Both the position numbers and the translations under genes were made by a program. A stretch of DNA of 64,000 nucleotides, from NCBI RefSeq assembly GCF_963921235.1, contig NC_086098.1, positions 7,068,001-7,132,000 of the forward strand, read 5' to 3'. Below are positions 24,287 to 37,184 of the stretch, piece by piece; positions within the stretch are counted from its first letter, which is position 1; every line of letters starts with the position of its first letter. The stretch is from Mobula hypostoma (lineage: Eukaryota). The notes under the pieces are model-generated. The model worked only from the letters and a program-made list of their open reading frames with translations. It ran no database searches and was not told the DNA's origin.

Positions 24287-26606
24287 GTGAGTGGTTAACT
24301 GATGAGCCATTGAATCGTCCATTTAAGTAATTTAAGTAAGTCCTGAATCTTAAGTGACAGTGCAGAGAGTGAAAGTTTTGTGGTAGTTTCTCATTTATTG
24401 TCATTCTGAGCTACGATTTGGCACGGATCAAAACACAGCCTTTCCAAGTCTGTACATTATAACTTTGAATGTAGAATACCTAATTTTTTTTTAGAAGCAG
24501 ACAAAGTAGGGTGAACTCAACTGCCTTTGTCTTCTTATAAATCTTTAACTTCATCTACTTATCAGATGCCTTGATCTACTCAGCTCTGAAAACAGACCAA
24601 ATTCATTACTTTCTGGACCCAGTTAAGCACTGCTATTAGACTGAGGCCTGCTGCTGGTAACAAACTCCAAAAATAGCCAATAAACTGACTATCATAAATT
24701 CCACTAGACTTTTATTTCTACTTTTTTTTTGTCTCATTTCTAATTGAAATGGAGGTGTGGCAGTAATTCATATTGATCAGAATTTACAAAAAGAAAAATT
24801 AAATTTCATTGTGATCTTGATTTGCAGAGTTATGTAAACTCCAGAATTCAAGATAAATTTATTATCAAAGTGCGTGTATGTCACCATATATGTACCACAC
24901 TGATATTCATCTTGTGGTCATTTACGAAGAAACACAATAGAATCAATGAAAGAAACTGCGCACAATAAAGACAAGAGTCTGCAAAAGAAAACAAGTCACA
25001 CAAATACAAAAAGAAGATAACAAAATAATAATAATAATAAATTAAAAAGCAATACATTTCAAGAGCAGAGGCTGTAGAGTCCTTGGAACTGAGCCCATAG
25101 GTTGTGAGAACAGTTCAGCGTTGGTGTGAGTCAAGTTGAGTGAAGTTAGCCACTCCGGTTCAAGAGCCTGTTGCTTGAGGTGTGACAACTGTTTCTGAAC
25201 CTGGTGGTGTGAGTCCTGAGGCTCCTGTACTTTCTTCCTGACGGCGGGGGTGGCAGCGAGAAGAGAGCAGGACTTGGATTGTGGAGATTCTTGATGATGA
25301 ATACTGACTTTTTGCGACAGCGCCCCATGTAGATGTGCTCAGTGCTGGTGAGGGCTTTACTCGTATTGAGGTGAGTGAAGATGCCCCCTCTGGTTCAGGA
25401 GCTTGAGAGGTAATAACTGTTCCTGAACCTATAATAAAGAAGAGATTATAAATCTCCAAAACGTAAAGCCTTGTTACCACCGGAGTAGAATTTAATTCAT
25501 ATGCTTTGCCTTTTTCATGGAGTTACCATTTCACTTAAAACACCCAAGGCAACTTCCCTATAAAGTGACAGAGATTACTACATAATTAACAGGTGATATG
25601 TTTTGTGACCTAATAATGCTATGGAAAGTAGCAAGTCCAGAGGTGGTTCACAACAATGATCCCAGGAATAAAAGGGTTAATGTCTGAGGAGGATTTGATG
25701 ACTCTGGACCTGTACTCATTGAAGTTTTGAAGAATGAGTGGGGATCTCAGTGAAACCTATTAAATATTGAAAGGCCTGGGTAGAGTGGACATGGAAAGGA
25801 GGTTTTTGCTGTAGTGGGGGCATCTAAGACTAGAAAGCCCTGCCTCATAACACAAGGAGCAGAGATGAAGAGGAATTTCTTCAGCCAGAGGCTGGTGAAT
25901 CTGGAATTCATTGCCACAGATGGCTGTAGAGGCTAACTCATTAGAAATATAGAAACATAGAAAACCTACAGCACAATACAGGCCCTTCGGCCCACAAAGT
26001 TATGCCAAATATGTCCCTGCCTTAGAAATTACTAGGGCTACCCATAGCCCTCTGTTTTTCTAAGCTCCATGTACCTATCCAGGAGTGTCTTAAAAGACCC
26101 GATTGTATCCGCCTCCACCACCGTTGCTGGCAGCCCATTCCACGCACTTTGGTATATTTAAAGCGGTCGATAGGTTCTTGATTATTAAGGGTGTCAAATG
26201 TCATAGGGAGAGGACAAGTGGGGTTGAGAGCGATAAGAAATCCACCATGGTCGAATCATGGAGCAGACTCAATGGGCCAAATGGCCTAATTCTGCCCCCT
26301 CTGTCTAATGGTCCAGGTATAGACACATGATACTGTTTCCACGGAAGTAATCACTGTAACCAGAGGAAATTGTAATGGTCCTGAATCATTGGGTGGAAGT
26401 TTCATCCAGCAACTACCGCATTCTTACCTGTGAAACGAGTGAGCAGCTACTGACCACACACGGCCGTCTCACCTCACATTCAGCTAAAACAAATCTGCTG
26501 TATTTTCCCGCTGGGTCTATAAATGATGCTGTTTTCAAAAATTAAGTGGCCTGACCAGAGACTCTTAAAGAGACCAAAAGGAGGCTGGTAAAGACTAAAA
26601 AATTAT

Positions 26607-27215
26607 AAACACGAGAAGGTCTGCAGGTACCAGGAATGCAAAGCAACACACACAAAATGCTGGAGGAACTCAGCAGGTCAAGCAGCATCTATGAAAATGA
26701 GATCAATAGTTGATGTTTCAGGCCGAGAACCTTCATCAGGACTGGAGAGGAAGGGGAAAGATACCAGAATAAAAAGGTGGGGGGAGGAAAAGGGGATCGG
26801 TGAAACCAGGGGGGTGGGAATGGTCAAGGGCTGGAGAGGGAGAAATATGGGAGGAGAGGAGAGTGAGCCATTGCAGAAAGGGAAGGAGGAGGGGCATCAG
26901 TCAGTGATAAGCAAGTGTGAAGAGGTAAAAGACCAGAGTGGGAAATACAAAAAGAAGGGAGGGCTGGGCTGGGGGTGGGGGGGGGAGCTTTTTATTACTG
27001 GAAGGAGGAATCAATATTCATGCCATCAGTCTGGAAGCTGCCCAGATGGAACATAAGGTGTTGTTGTTCCTCCATACTGAAAGTGGCCTCATCATGGCCC
27101 TAGAGAAGGTCATGGACTGACACATGGGAATGGGAATTAAGATGTTTGGCCACCAGGAATGTTCTGCTTTTGGCGGATGGAACGGAAGTGCTTGACAATG
27201 CTGTCCCCGAAGTTG
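26607..27215 (-). mobile_element. Older PLE 3' fragment
   Basis: Terminal repeat with CTGATGA hammerhead variant (26708-26743), purine-rich UTR and ggaacataaggtgttgtt EN remnant. Confidence 0.75.
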
Positions 27216-27859
27216 TATGACTTTGCAGGGATTACAATGATAGAAGCCCGTAAAATTCTAACACCAAACTGCACACACGGACAAGGCCATTGCCAATTCC
27301 TCCTTTTTCTAAGGGTTATGTGTAAGGAGAGATCTCTCACCCTCCATAACTGAAAGGTTGGAGCGTTCCGCCCGCTTAGAGATTGCCGCTTACCAGAAGG
27401 ATTTAAAAGAAGAATGACTCTCCAAACAATTGTGCCTCTCTGGGGCTGAGTAGGAATTGAAAACTTGCTCCCATTCTTCTCTGCAATGAGGCCTTGTTCA
27501 CAAATCGTAAATGATATACCACAAACAGAAATAGTTCACCATTTATAAACTGGGTCAATTTTATAGGTTGGGGTTACAGTTTATTTTTGTTTTCAAAATG
27601 TCACTACTCGTATATCACTGTTATAACTCTTAACACGAGCTTTCCATCAGAATGGAAAAATGGAAACAAAGTGAAGGCTCAAGTTTCCTAATAAATGATA
27701 CTGTGTTGTCATTTAACAGTGAGACCGCTCTGCCTTGTTAAAACAAGGCTTTGAGCTGGGCAAGCCTTTCACATTGTATAAGAATCAGCTTATGCCTGCA
27801 TATGGGTAGTTAAATAACTCAAGTGCTTTTTGAGTATACCCTAGTGTTGCCAAATTTAA

Positions 27860-28395
27860 TACAACTGAAAATTGTTCTGGTTAACACTCATTGGGGCCGG
27901 TACATTTTGGCTCAATTAAGAGGCTGTCCGATTTAGCCAACTTTCATGGCAATAGTGAAAAACATACAATAAAAAGACAAGTTACCATTTAAATGAGTAA
28001 AAAATAATGTTTTTAAATGAAATACAGAGCAAAATAGAACATTACTACAGTACTATAAAATCATGTATTAGTTCCTAATAGTTATTGGCGAAGGATGTAT
28101 GCTACCCACGTTGTTTTGACTGTCAAAAGTCAAAATAAAAAACAACTTGATCCAAAGTCACTGCTTTTTAACTTTCAGCCCAAATGATAACAGAACAGAA
28201 GCATACACAACTGACGCTATTTAAAAACTGTTTGGTCACAGCACAGTTCGGCAGCGGTGCTGTCCTGATTGAACAGCATAGTGTCCCAAACAAATGAAGG
28301 GAACCCTGCCTATTTTCTCGATTAGTTTTTGTTCTTTAATGGTTGTCCCAAATAAGCAGCTGCCCTGGTTAACCGATGACCCAATTAGCCAGTGT
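27860..28395. mobile_element. Decayed Tigger/pogo-like MITE
   Basis: Degenerate inverted ends sharing ggttaac/caattagcc/tgtccc motifs; boundaries uncertain. Confidence 0.35.
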
Positions 28396-28666
28396 ATTGG
28401 CAAAAATTCATATTAGGTATAAATTCATTTTAGGTATAAGAAAGAGGAAAATCTTTTCCAACATTGCTCTGTATGTATTGTAAATATCAGTTTGATTTTG
28501 TTCACATTTGGTTAAGGCAAAGTTCTCTGGCATGGTGACAACATGAAATTATTGAACAGACAAAATTTCAAACTTAAATTCTGAATAAATTAAAAGCAAT
28601 ATTAAGATGATCTGCAAGTAGTCAGCAGTACCACTCTAACTGAAAGCACCTGTCCTTGTTTCTCAG

Positions 28667-28852
28667 GAGAGTTTGGAGAAGTCTGCAGCGGTCGCCTGAA
28701 ACTACCTGGGAAAAGGGACGTGCCAGTCGCTATTAAAACACTGAAAGTAGGCTTCACCGAGAAACAAAGAAGAGACTTCCTCTGTGAAGCAAGCATCATG
28801 GGACAGTTTGATCACCCCAATGTCGTCCACTTGGAAGGAGTTGTTACCAGGG
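28667..28852 (+). CDS. EPHA7: EPHA7 exon (Gly loop, VAIK, helix C; ~exon 11)
   Basis: tctcag|GA...ACCAGGG|gtaaga; 186 bp; (G)[61 protein letters not shown]; not present as an ORF in the track. Confidence 0.97.
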
Positions 28853-29900
28853 GTAAGAGTTCAAACTTGTTATCACAGTATGTACCATATATGTGAGTAC
28901 AAACACAAGAGATTCTGCAGGTGCTGGAAGTCAAGAACAACACACACAAAATACTGGAGGAACTCTGCAGGTCGGGCAGCATCTATGGAGAGGAACAAAA
29001 CAGTTGACCTTTCAGACTGAGACCATTCATTAGGGCCATATACTACCTAGAGATTCATTTTCCTACAGGCATTTACTGGGAAAAGAAATACAATAGAACT
29101 TATGAAAAACTATATATAAATCAAGACAGACAAGGAACCACTGTGCAAAAGAAGGCAAACTGCAAATAAAAAATAATACTGAGAACATGAGTTGTAGAGA
29201 ATCCTTGTAAGAGAGTCTATAGGTTGTGGAATCAGTTCACAGTAGTGGTGATTTAAAGTGATTTGCTCATCAGATCTGTCAAAGTTCAATTCAGTTAGTT
29301 CCACTCTTTTGCTCTCCCTCCAGACCTTTGCAACATTAAAAATGTTCCAATTCCTTCAGAAAGCAAGTAATGATTCTGTACACAGCAACTAAGCAAGTAA
29401 TGCAATTCAAATCCTATTACTGTATTTTTTTTTACACATCAATGGTGCTTTTTCACCTTCTAAACAAGTCCTTTTATCGACTGTTCAGCTATTGGAAAGG
29501 ATTTTTCTTTATTTATTCAATACGAATCCTTCACAATTTAAACAAATTCTGCGAAGTTCTACCACTGTTCAAATGAGCACCTTTTCGGCATCTCCATTTT
29601 GCCCATTTGATTGTAATCCCTCATCCAATGAACCAACTTAATGAGTTTGTAGAGCTCCTCACATTTTCTACTTTTGCTTCAAGGTCAGATATGATTGCAT
29701 TTATTAATTTAATTTTATTTATTTTGAGATACAGCGCAGAACAGGCCCTTCCAGTTCAAACTCCAGTACCGGAGCTGTAATAGTCCCACATTAACAGCTA
29801 CTCTGAATCGGGAGCGTTTTCTTTTCTTCCGTTTCAGATGAGAAGCTTATGCTTTTCCGAGCTCTCTGTTTTGCTCTTATCATCAGACTTCTTGTATCTT

Positions 29901-29933
<33 letters not shown>

Positions 29934-30392
29934 TTTTGCCAAGTTTAGTGGAATTTTTTGCGTTTTAAGTTTGCGTTTATTTTGGAATTAAGCCGAGCGT
30001 ATTTAACAACACTGCCCCCAGCATCTCTGGATCCATGGTTTTGCGTTGGTGTAAGTGATCCAAATGCCCTCCACTACCACAGCATTTCAAACACTCAGCT
30101 GGATATTCAGAGTAAGATTTCAAATCTAGAAGCTTAGCTTCCTGTCAAAAAAAGTGGAATTCTAAATAATTGGCAACCAAGAACTGGCCACTGATAATAT
30201 CTTTCCAGTCTGATGAAATCCTGTTTATTCCATAAGACTATAAGACGTAGGAGCAGAATTAGGCTATTCAGACCATCGAGTCTGCTCTGCTATTCCATCA
30301 TGGCTGATTTATTATCCCTCTCATACCTTCCCCTTGTAATTTTTTCTCCAATTCTCTGTTTTCTTTGCAATAATCAATCTTAAATTCATGCT

Positions 30393-30650
30393 AACACGAG
30401 GAATTCTGCAGATGCTGGAAATTCAAGCAACACACATCAAAGTTGCTGGTGAAAGCAGCAGGCCAGGCAGCATCTCTAGGAAGAGGTACAGTCGATATTA
30501 CAGGCCGAGACCCTTCGTCAGGACTCTTTTACTAGTTCTTCCTTCAGTTAGTCCTGACGAAGGGTCTCGGCCTGAAACGTCGACTGTACCTCTTCCTAGA
30601 GATGCTGCCTGGCCTGCTGCGTTCACCAGCAACTTTGATGTGTGTTGCTT
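30393..30650. mobile_element. Fold-back PLE terminal-repeat mini-insertion
   Basis: ~100-bp inverted arms; 18-bp TSD cttaaattcatgctaaca at 30379-30396 and 30648-30665. Confidence 0.9.
30550..30585 (+). ncRNA. Minimal type I hammerhead ribozyme motif (PLE-associated)
   Basis: agtc-CTGACGA-agggtctcggcct-GAAA-cGTC-gact: stem I agtc/gact, conserved core, stem II, NUH site GUC. Confidence 0.75.
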
Positions 30651-31958
30651 AAATTCATGCTAACAAACTTTCTACTGTATCACACGTTATTGTTCACAAG
30701 ACAGTTATGTGCACATTGCCTTCTGAAAATCTCTACGGACTCTGCTCATTTACATCCTTCAGGTACCCCTTCAAGGATATATTTATAACTCCTATGCTCA
30801 TTACAGGACAGACATGGAATGTCTTGCACAGGATGTGGCCTGGATTAAAGTGCATTGCCTTATGAGGATAGGTAGAGTAAGCAAGGGCTTTTCCCTTTGG
30901 AGTGAAGGAGAATGAGAGATAAGAACTTCAAGGAGCGAAGCCTCGAAAAGGTGGTAACCATCGTTTTTCTCTTTTTGCACGACTTATTGAATTTAACTTT
31001 TTCAATATATATATGAAAAGCCAGAGACTTTTTCCCAGGGCGAAAATGGCTAATAGTAGGGAGCATAATCTTAAAAGAGATTGGAGGAAAGTTTAGGCGG
31101 ATGTCAAAGGTTAGTTTTTTTTTTCCACATAATGGTGGGTACACTACTCTTGCACTTTCTCTGTAACTGTTGCATTTTACGCTGCATTGTTACTGTTTTA
31201 CCTTGTCCCACCTCAATGCACGGTGTAATGATTTGGTCTGATTTGGGTGCAAGACAAGCTTTTCACTGTATCTCCGGACGTGGAACAAAAATGAACCAAT
31301 TCCAAAAATGATAAATAAATAGTGTCAAATATGAATAGTGAGGTGTTGTTCATGGGTTTGTGGACCGCTCAGAAATCTGATGGTAGAGGGGAAGAAGCTG
31401 TTTCTGTAGTCTGGGTCAGCAGGCTCCTGTACCTCCGCGAGTGTTCTGTTTCTGTTTTAGATATCCAATGTCTGAAGCTGCTTTAATTTTCACTTTTAAG
31501 GTCTGGCTTCTGCCTCTACAATCCCCTGGCTAAGCAAGGTGCAGGACATGATTGTTTTACATCAGTCCAATCCAGTCCAGTAGCGTGCCTGGAATGCTCT
31601 CCCAGGCCTGGTGGTAGAGGTTGATAAAATAGAAACCTTTAAAAGCATTTTATATAGGCATATGGCTATTCAAAAAATGTAAGGTTATGTTCTGTGTAGG
31701 AGTAAAGGGTTAGATTAACCATGTCGTAGGTTTTTATGGGTCTGGGCAACATCGTGGAATAAATGGCCGGTACTGTTCTGAAGAAAGGTCTCAAACCAAA
31801 ACATTAACTGTTTATTTCATAAATGCTGCCTGGCCTGCTGAGTTCCTCTAGCATTTTGTGTGTGTTGCTTTGGATTTCCAGCACCTGCAGAATCTCCTGT
31901 GTTTATGATTCGACTGTTCTACATTATTTTATTTTAGTCCTCTATATGTTCTTTGTTA

Positions 31959-32456
31959 CACTCAGTGGCCACCTTATTAGGTACACCTGTACACCTCGTT
32001 AATGCAAATATCTAATCGGCCAATCATGTGGTTGCAACTCAATGCATAAAAGCACGCAGACATGCTTTTGTTACTTTCACTGTGGAATGATTGTTGGTGC
32101 CAGACAGGGTGGTTTGAGTATCTCAGAAACTGCTGACCTGCTGGGATTAGGGTTTACAGAGAATGGTGTGAAGAACAAAATAACATACAGTGAGCAGCAG
32201 TTCTGTGGGTGAAAACGTCTTGTTAATGAGAGAGGTCAGAGGAGAATGGCCAGACTGGTTCAAGCTGACAAGAAGGCAACGATAACTTAAACAACCAGAT
32301 TTACCACAGTGGTGTGCAGAAGAGCATCTCTGAACGCACAACGCATTGAACCTTGAAGTGGACGGGCTACAACAGCAGGAGACCGCACAAACATACACAC
32401 AGTCTGTCGCCAGTTTATTAGGTACTGGATGCACTTAATAAAATGGCCACTGTGTG
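31959..32456 (+). mobile_element. Tc1-like internally deleted DNA transposon
   Basis: TA then TIR cactcagtggccac...ttattagg, matching right TIR; transposase HTH remnant GMIVGARQGGLSISETADLLG. Confidence 0.85.
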
Positions 32457-33088
32457 TGTTCTGTGCTGTTCTGTGTATGTTCCATATTCTCAGTGCATAA
32501 GACTCAGATAGCATAACAGTTAGCCTGATGCTACGAGAGCTCAGAGTGTTGCGCAGTTCATCGTTCTGTATGTCCTCCCCCGTGGAATGCATGTGTTTTC
32601 CGTGTTCCAGTTCCCTCCCACAGTCCAAAGACGTACACGGTAGGTTAATTGGTCATTATAAATTGTCCCGTGATTAGGCTAGGGTTAATTGAGGTTGTCG
32701 GGGGTTGCTGGGGCTGCACGCTCAAAGGACCTAATCCATGCTGTATCAGTAACTAAATAAATACGATCCCGTAAGACTGATGTTTAAAATAAGCTTCCTT
32801 CCTTCTTACGGGAAGAGAAGGGAAGGATTGTGGATTATTTCATTTTGTATAGCAGAAACATTGGTTCTACAATATCGGTCATTTCAGAAATCCTCACCAC
32901 TCTCTCTGTGATTGCGTCAACACACTGCTCCAGCCTTTAAGTGCTGGTTAAATGAGCATCCTGGAATTACAGGCAGTTCCAAGCAGCAGCAGTGAGGCGT
33001 GCCTAGCACTCGAGGCGGTATCAAATTAAACCTTATGAATCCCCCAGAGGAACTGGTCATTTACAGTAAGCTCGCTTTATTTCTGCAG

Positions 33089-33150
33089 GTAAACCAATTA
33101 TGATCGTAATCGAATACATGGAGAACGGAGCATTGGATGCATTTCTCCGG
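33089..33150 (+). CDS. EPHA7: EPHA7 exon (kinase hinge; ~exon 12)
   Basis: ctgcag|GT...CTCCGG|gtaagt; 62 bp; (G)KPIMIVIEYMENGALDAFLR; Ile gatekeeper as in EphA7 (Thr in most Ephs). Confidence 0.96.
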
Positions 33151-34494
33151 GTAAGTCACAAAACAAACAGATTTTTACACATTGCTGAAACAAAAGCAAT
33201 GATTTTGCATCATCTTCAAGAATATAACAGCTTTTTGTTTAATCAAACTCGACCAGAATTTTGTTTGTACCCATTTATATAGAAAATAACAGCTAAATTG
33301 GTACAAAAGCTTCAACTGGTTGTATTAAAATTTAAATTTAAATGCTGATCTTGTTAAAATATTTACTAGCATTTCCATTGTAATAGAACAGAATATATCA
33401 AGGTAGAAATTCACTCACACAGTCTCAACATCAAAGCAAATTTAATATGAAAATAGGAAGATGTCATGATATACAACCCTGAGCATTTTCTTGTGGGCAT
33501 ACTCAGCAAATCCATATTAGAATGCCAGTGCCTTTGAGTGGAAAATCCTACAAAAAGTAGTGGATTCAGCTCAGTCCATCGCGGGTAAAGCCCTCCCCAC
33601 CATTGAGCACGTCTACACGAAACACTGTCGCAGGAAAGCAGCATGATATCAAAAATACCACCACCCCAGACTGCTGCCATCAGGAAGAAGGTACAGGAGC
33701 CTCAGGACTCACCACTAGGTTCAGGAAAAGTTACTACCCTGCAACCATCAGGCTCTTGAAGCAAAAGGGATAACTTCACTCAATTTCACTTGGCCCATCA
33801 TTGAAACGTTCCCACATCCAATGGACTCACTTTCAAGGACATTTCATCTCAAGGTCTCAATATTTATTGCTTATTTATTTATTGTTCCTTCCTTTTGTAT
33901 TTGTATGTTTTGTTGTCTTCTGCACTCTGGTTGAACACCCTAGTTGGACAGTCTTTCATTGATTCTGTTATGGTTATTATTCTATAGATTTGCTGAGTAT
34001 GCCCACCAGAAAATGAATCTCAGGGCTGTAAATGGTGACATATTTATACTTTGATAATAGAATTTACTTTGAACTCTGGATATAGTAATCTTCTTTTATC
34101 AACTCAGGCAGCATCTATGTAAAGTAATGAACAGTTGACAGTCCGGTATACAGTAACCTTCTTTTATCAAGGAAGAAGCAAATTTCTTTCTTTTTTAGCC
34201 TCTGTGGTTTAAAGTGAGGGCAACAAGTCCTAATAACAACTTTGCTTGCCAGAATAAATGGTGCAATTTGGTTTTGTCCAATAAAATTCACAGATTCAAA
34301 GTTCAAAGTAAAGTTATTATCGAAGTTTTTATACGCCACCATATACTTTTCTTGTGGGCATTCACGAAGAACAAAGAAACACAATAGAATCTTGAAAAAC
34401 TGCACACAAAGGCTGACAAGCAAACATGTTAAGGAAGACAAAGTTTGCAAATATATTAAAAATAATTGGAATTAAATACTGTAAACAAATAATT

Positions 34495-35215
34495 AGAATC
34501 AGAATCAGGTTTATTATCACCGGCATGTGACGTGAAATTTGTTAACTTAGCAGCAGCAGTTCAATGTGATACACAATCTAGCAGAGAGAAAAAACTCTAA
34601 TAATAATAAATAAACAAGCAATTCAATTACACATATTAAATAGATTAAAAATCCTGCAAAAAATGAGAACTACTATATATAAAAAAGTGAGGTAGCGTCT
34701 AAGGGTTCAATGTCCATTTAGGGATCGGATGGCAGAGGGGAAGAAGCTGTTCCTGAATCGCTGAGTGTGTGGTTTCAAGCTTCTGTACCTCCTACCTAAT
34801 GGTAACAGTGAGAAAAGGGCATGCCCTGTGTGCTGGAGGTCCTTAGTAATGGACGTTGCCTTTCTAAGACACCGCTCCCTAAAGATATCCTGTATACTGT
34901 GTAGTCTAGTACCCAAGATGGAGCTGACTAGATTTACAAACTTCTGCAGCTTCTTTTGGTCCTGTGCAGTAGCCCCTCCATACCAGACAGTGATGCAGCC
35001 TGTCAGAATGCTCTCCATGGTACAACTATAGAAGCTTTTGAGTGTATTTGTTGACATGCCAAATCTCTTCAAACTCCTAATAACGTATAGCTGCTGTCTT
35101 GCCATCTTTATAACCTAATTGATATGTTGGGACCAGGTTAGATCCTCAGAGATCTTGACACCCAGGAATTTGAAGCTGCTCACTCTCTCCAGTTCTGATC
35201 CCTTCCCTCCACTTC
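34495..35215 (-). mobile_element. Rex1/Babar-like LINE 3' part
   Basis: ORF 34707-35105 ESILTGCITVWYG...FRNSFFPSAIR; (GATTCT)n tail. Confidence 0.85.
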
Positions 35216-35878
35216 TGATCCACATTCTCAAATAATATTGAGAATGAGTTGTAGATTCCTTGAAAATGAGTCCATAATTTGTGGAATCAGTTCAGTGTGA
35301 GGTGAGTGAAATTCTTCACTCTGATTCAGGAGCCTGATGGTTGAGGGGTAATAACTATTCCTGAAGCTGGTGGTGTGAGTAGCTCCTTCCTGATGGTAGC
35401 AGTGAGAAGAGAGTATGGCCTGGATGGTGGGGGTCCTTGGTGATGGATGTTGCTTTCTCTGGCAGTGGTCCATGCAGATGTTCTCAATGATAGAGACGGC
35501 ATTTCCTCTGATGGACTGGACTATATCCATTATTTTTTGTAGGTCCTTCCATTCTTGTGCATTAGTGTTTCCGTACCAGACCTGATATAACCAGTTTTAG
35601 ATGGCATGCCTAATCTGCGTAAACTTCTGAAAAAGTAGAGGTGCTGCTTGTGATGGCTCTTGCGTACTGGGCCAGACAGATCCTCTGACATGATAATGCC
35701 AAGGAATTTAAAGTTACTGTCTTTCTCCATTTCCAATCCCCTCTCACCGACCTCTGGCTTCCTCTTCCTGTAGTCAAAAATCAGACGTCTGGTTTTGCTG
35801 ATGTTGAGTAAGATTGTCAGGGTTCTTCCATGACATTTCCCAAGCCATCTGCCGGGAAATAGTAGCAACAAATGTATG

Positions 35879-36382
35879 TAGGATTGCCAACTTTCTCACT
35901 CCCAAATAAGGGACAAAAGTAGCAGTCACTTGCGTTTACTCCAAGAAAGACTACCATGACCATGAAGCCTTGTGCGGGCACCTGTGAGCGCATGCGTGTA
36001 CGTGCTGATTTTTTTTCCACAAATCGGATTTGGCTTAATCTTCTCACCTACACTGTACGTACATCATTTCTACTTTATATAGGCTGTGTATTTATCATAT
36101 CATTCCTGCTTTTACTATATTTTAGTGTTATTTTCGGTTTTATGTGTTATTTGGTATGATTTGGTAGGTTATTTTTTGGGTCTGGGAACGCTTAAAAATT
36201 TTTTCCCATATAAGTTAATGGTAATTTCTTCTTCTCTTCACGCCATTTCGGCACGAAAGCTTTCATAGGAACGCTCTACCTTGGAGGGGGAAATACGGGA
36301 CAAGGGCAGTCCCGTATGGGACAAACCAATTTAGCCCAACATACGAGATATCCCGGCTAATACGGGGCAGTTGGCAACCCTA
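35879..36382. mobile_element. hAT-type MITE containing a Tigger-like segment
   Basis: TIRs taggattgccaac / gttggcaacccta; TSD only partly conserved; internal Tigger-like segment at ~36051-36290. Confidence 0.7.
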
Positions 36383-36884
36383 GTTATATGACAGGGAGGA
36401 AGGTGCACAATTCATGAACCAAGCTGCGTGCCTGCGTTTGGAAGCAAAGGTTCATTGACTTTGGCTTGTTGGTGAAATTAGTCTGCTAGTTCTGCAAGTA
36501 AGAGTTGATGACGTGATTACAGCTCGGGGCGTCAGAGATTGGAGTTAATTCTGGCGAGTTCTGGAAGGAGTTTCTCTACATCCTTCCTATGATTGCATGA
36601 GCTTCCTCCAGGTGCTCAGCTTTCCTCCCATATTCCAAAGACATACAGGTTAGTTGGGTAATTGGCCATTGTGAGTTGCCCTGTGATTAGGCTAGGGTTA
36701 AACAGGTGGCTTGCTGAGTGGTGCATCTTATTAGGCTGGAAGGGTATCTCTAAATAAATAAATAGATAAATAAAATTCATTTAATTAGACATCTTTTCTG
36801 GCTTGATGTGATGGATTAAGTGCATTTAAGTGGACAGATTTTTCTTCTGAACTTTTTTACAATGTGATTGCTTTCTCCCATTAG

Positions 36885-37094
36885 AAGCATGATGGCCAGT
36901 TCACCGTGATTCAGCTGGTTGGAATGATGCGTGGGATTGCAGCTGGGATGAGGTACCTCGCCGACATGGGATATGTGCACAGAGACCTGGCAGCACGGAA
37001 CATTCTGGTCAATAGCAATCTTGTCTGCAAAGTTTCTGACTTTGGGCTCTCGAGGATTGTGGAAGATGACCCAGAGGCTGTCTACACCACAACA
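36885..37094 (+). CDS. EPHA7: EPHA7 exon (HRD/DFG, activation loop; ~exon 13)
   Basis: ttag|AAG...ACAACA|gtgagt; 210 bp; [70 protein letters not shown]. Confidence 0.98.
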
Positions 37095-37184
37095 GTGAGT
37101 AAAAATGGTCACAGTTTCAAAAAGCACTTTCACCACTGATGTCTGCTCTCCCAGTTAAAGTTTACTGTTTATTCATATTCAGTA

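Noticed and set aside
29560..29590. aaatgagcacc recalling the mouse EphA7-T1 tail (NEHL)
   Set aside because: Wrong intron, very short match and no acceptor; coincidence
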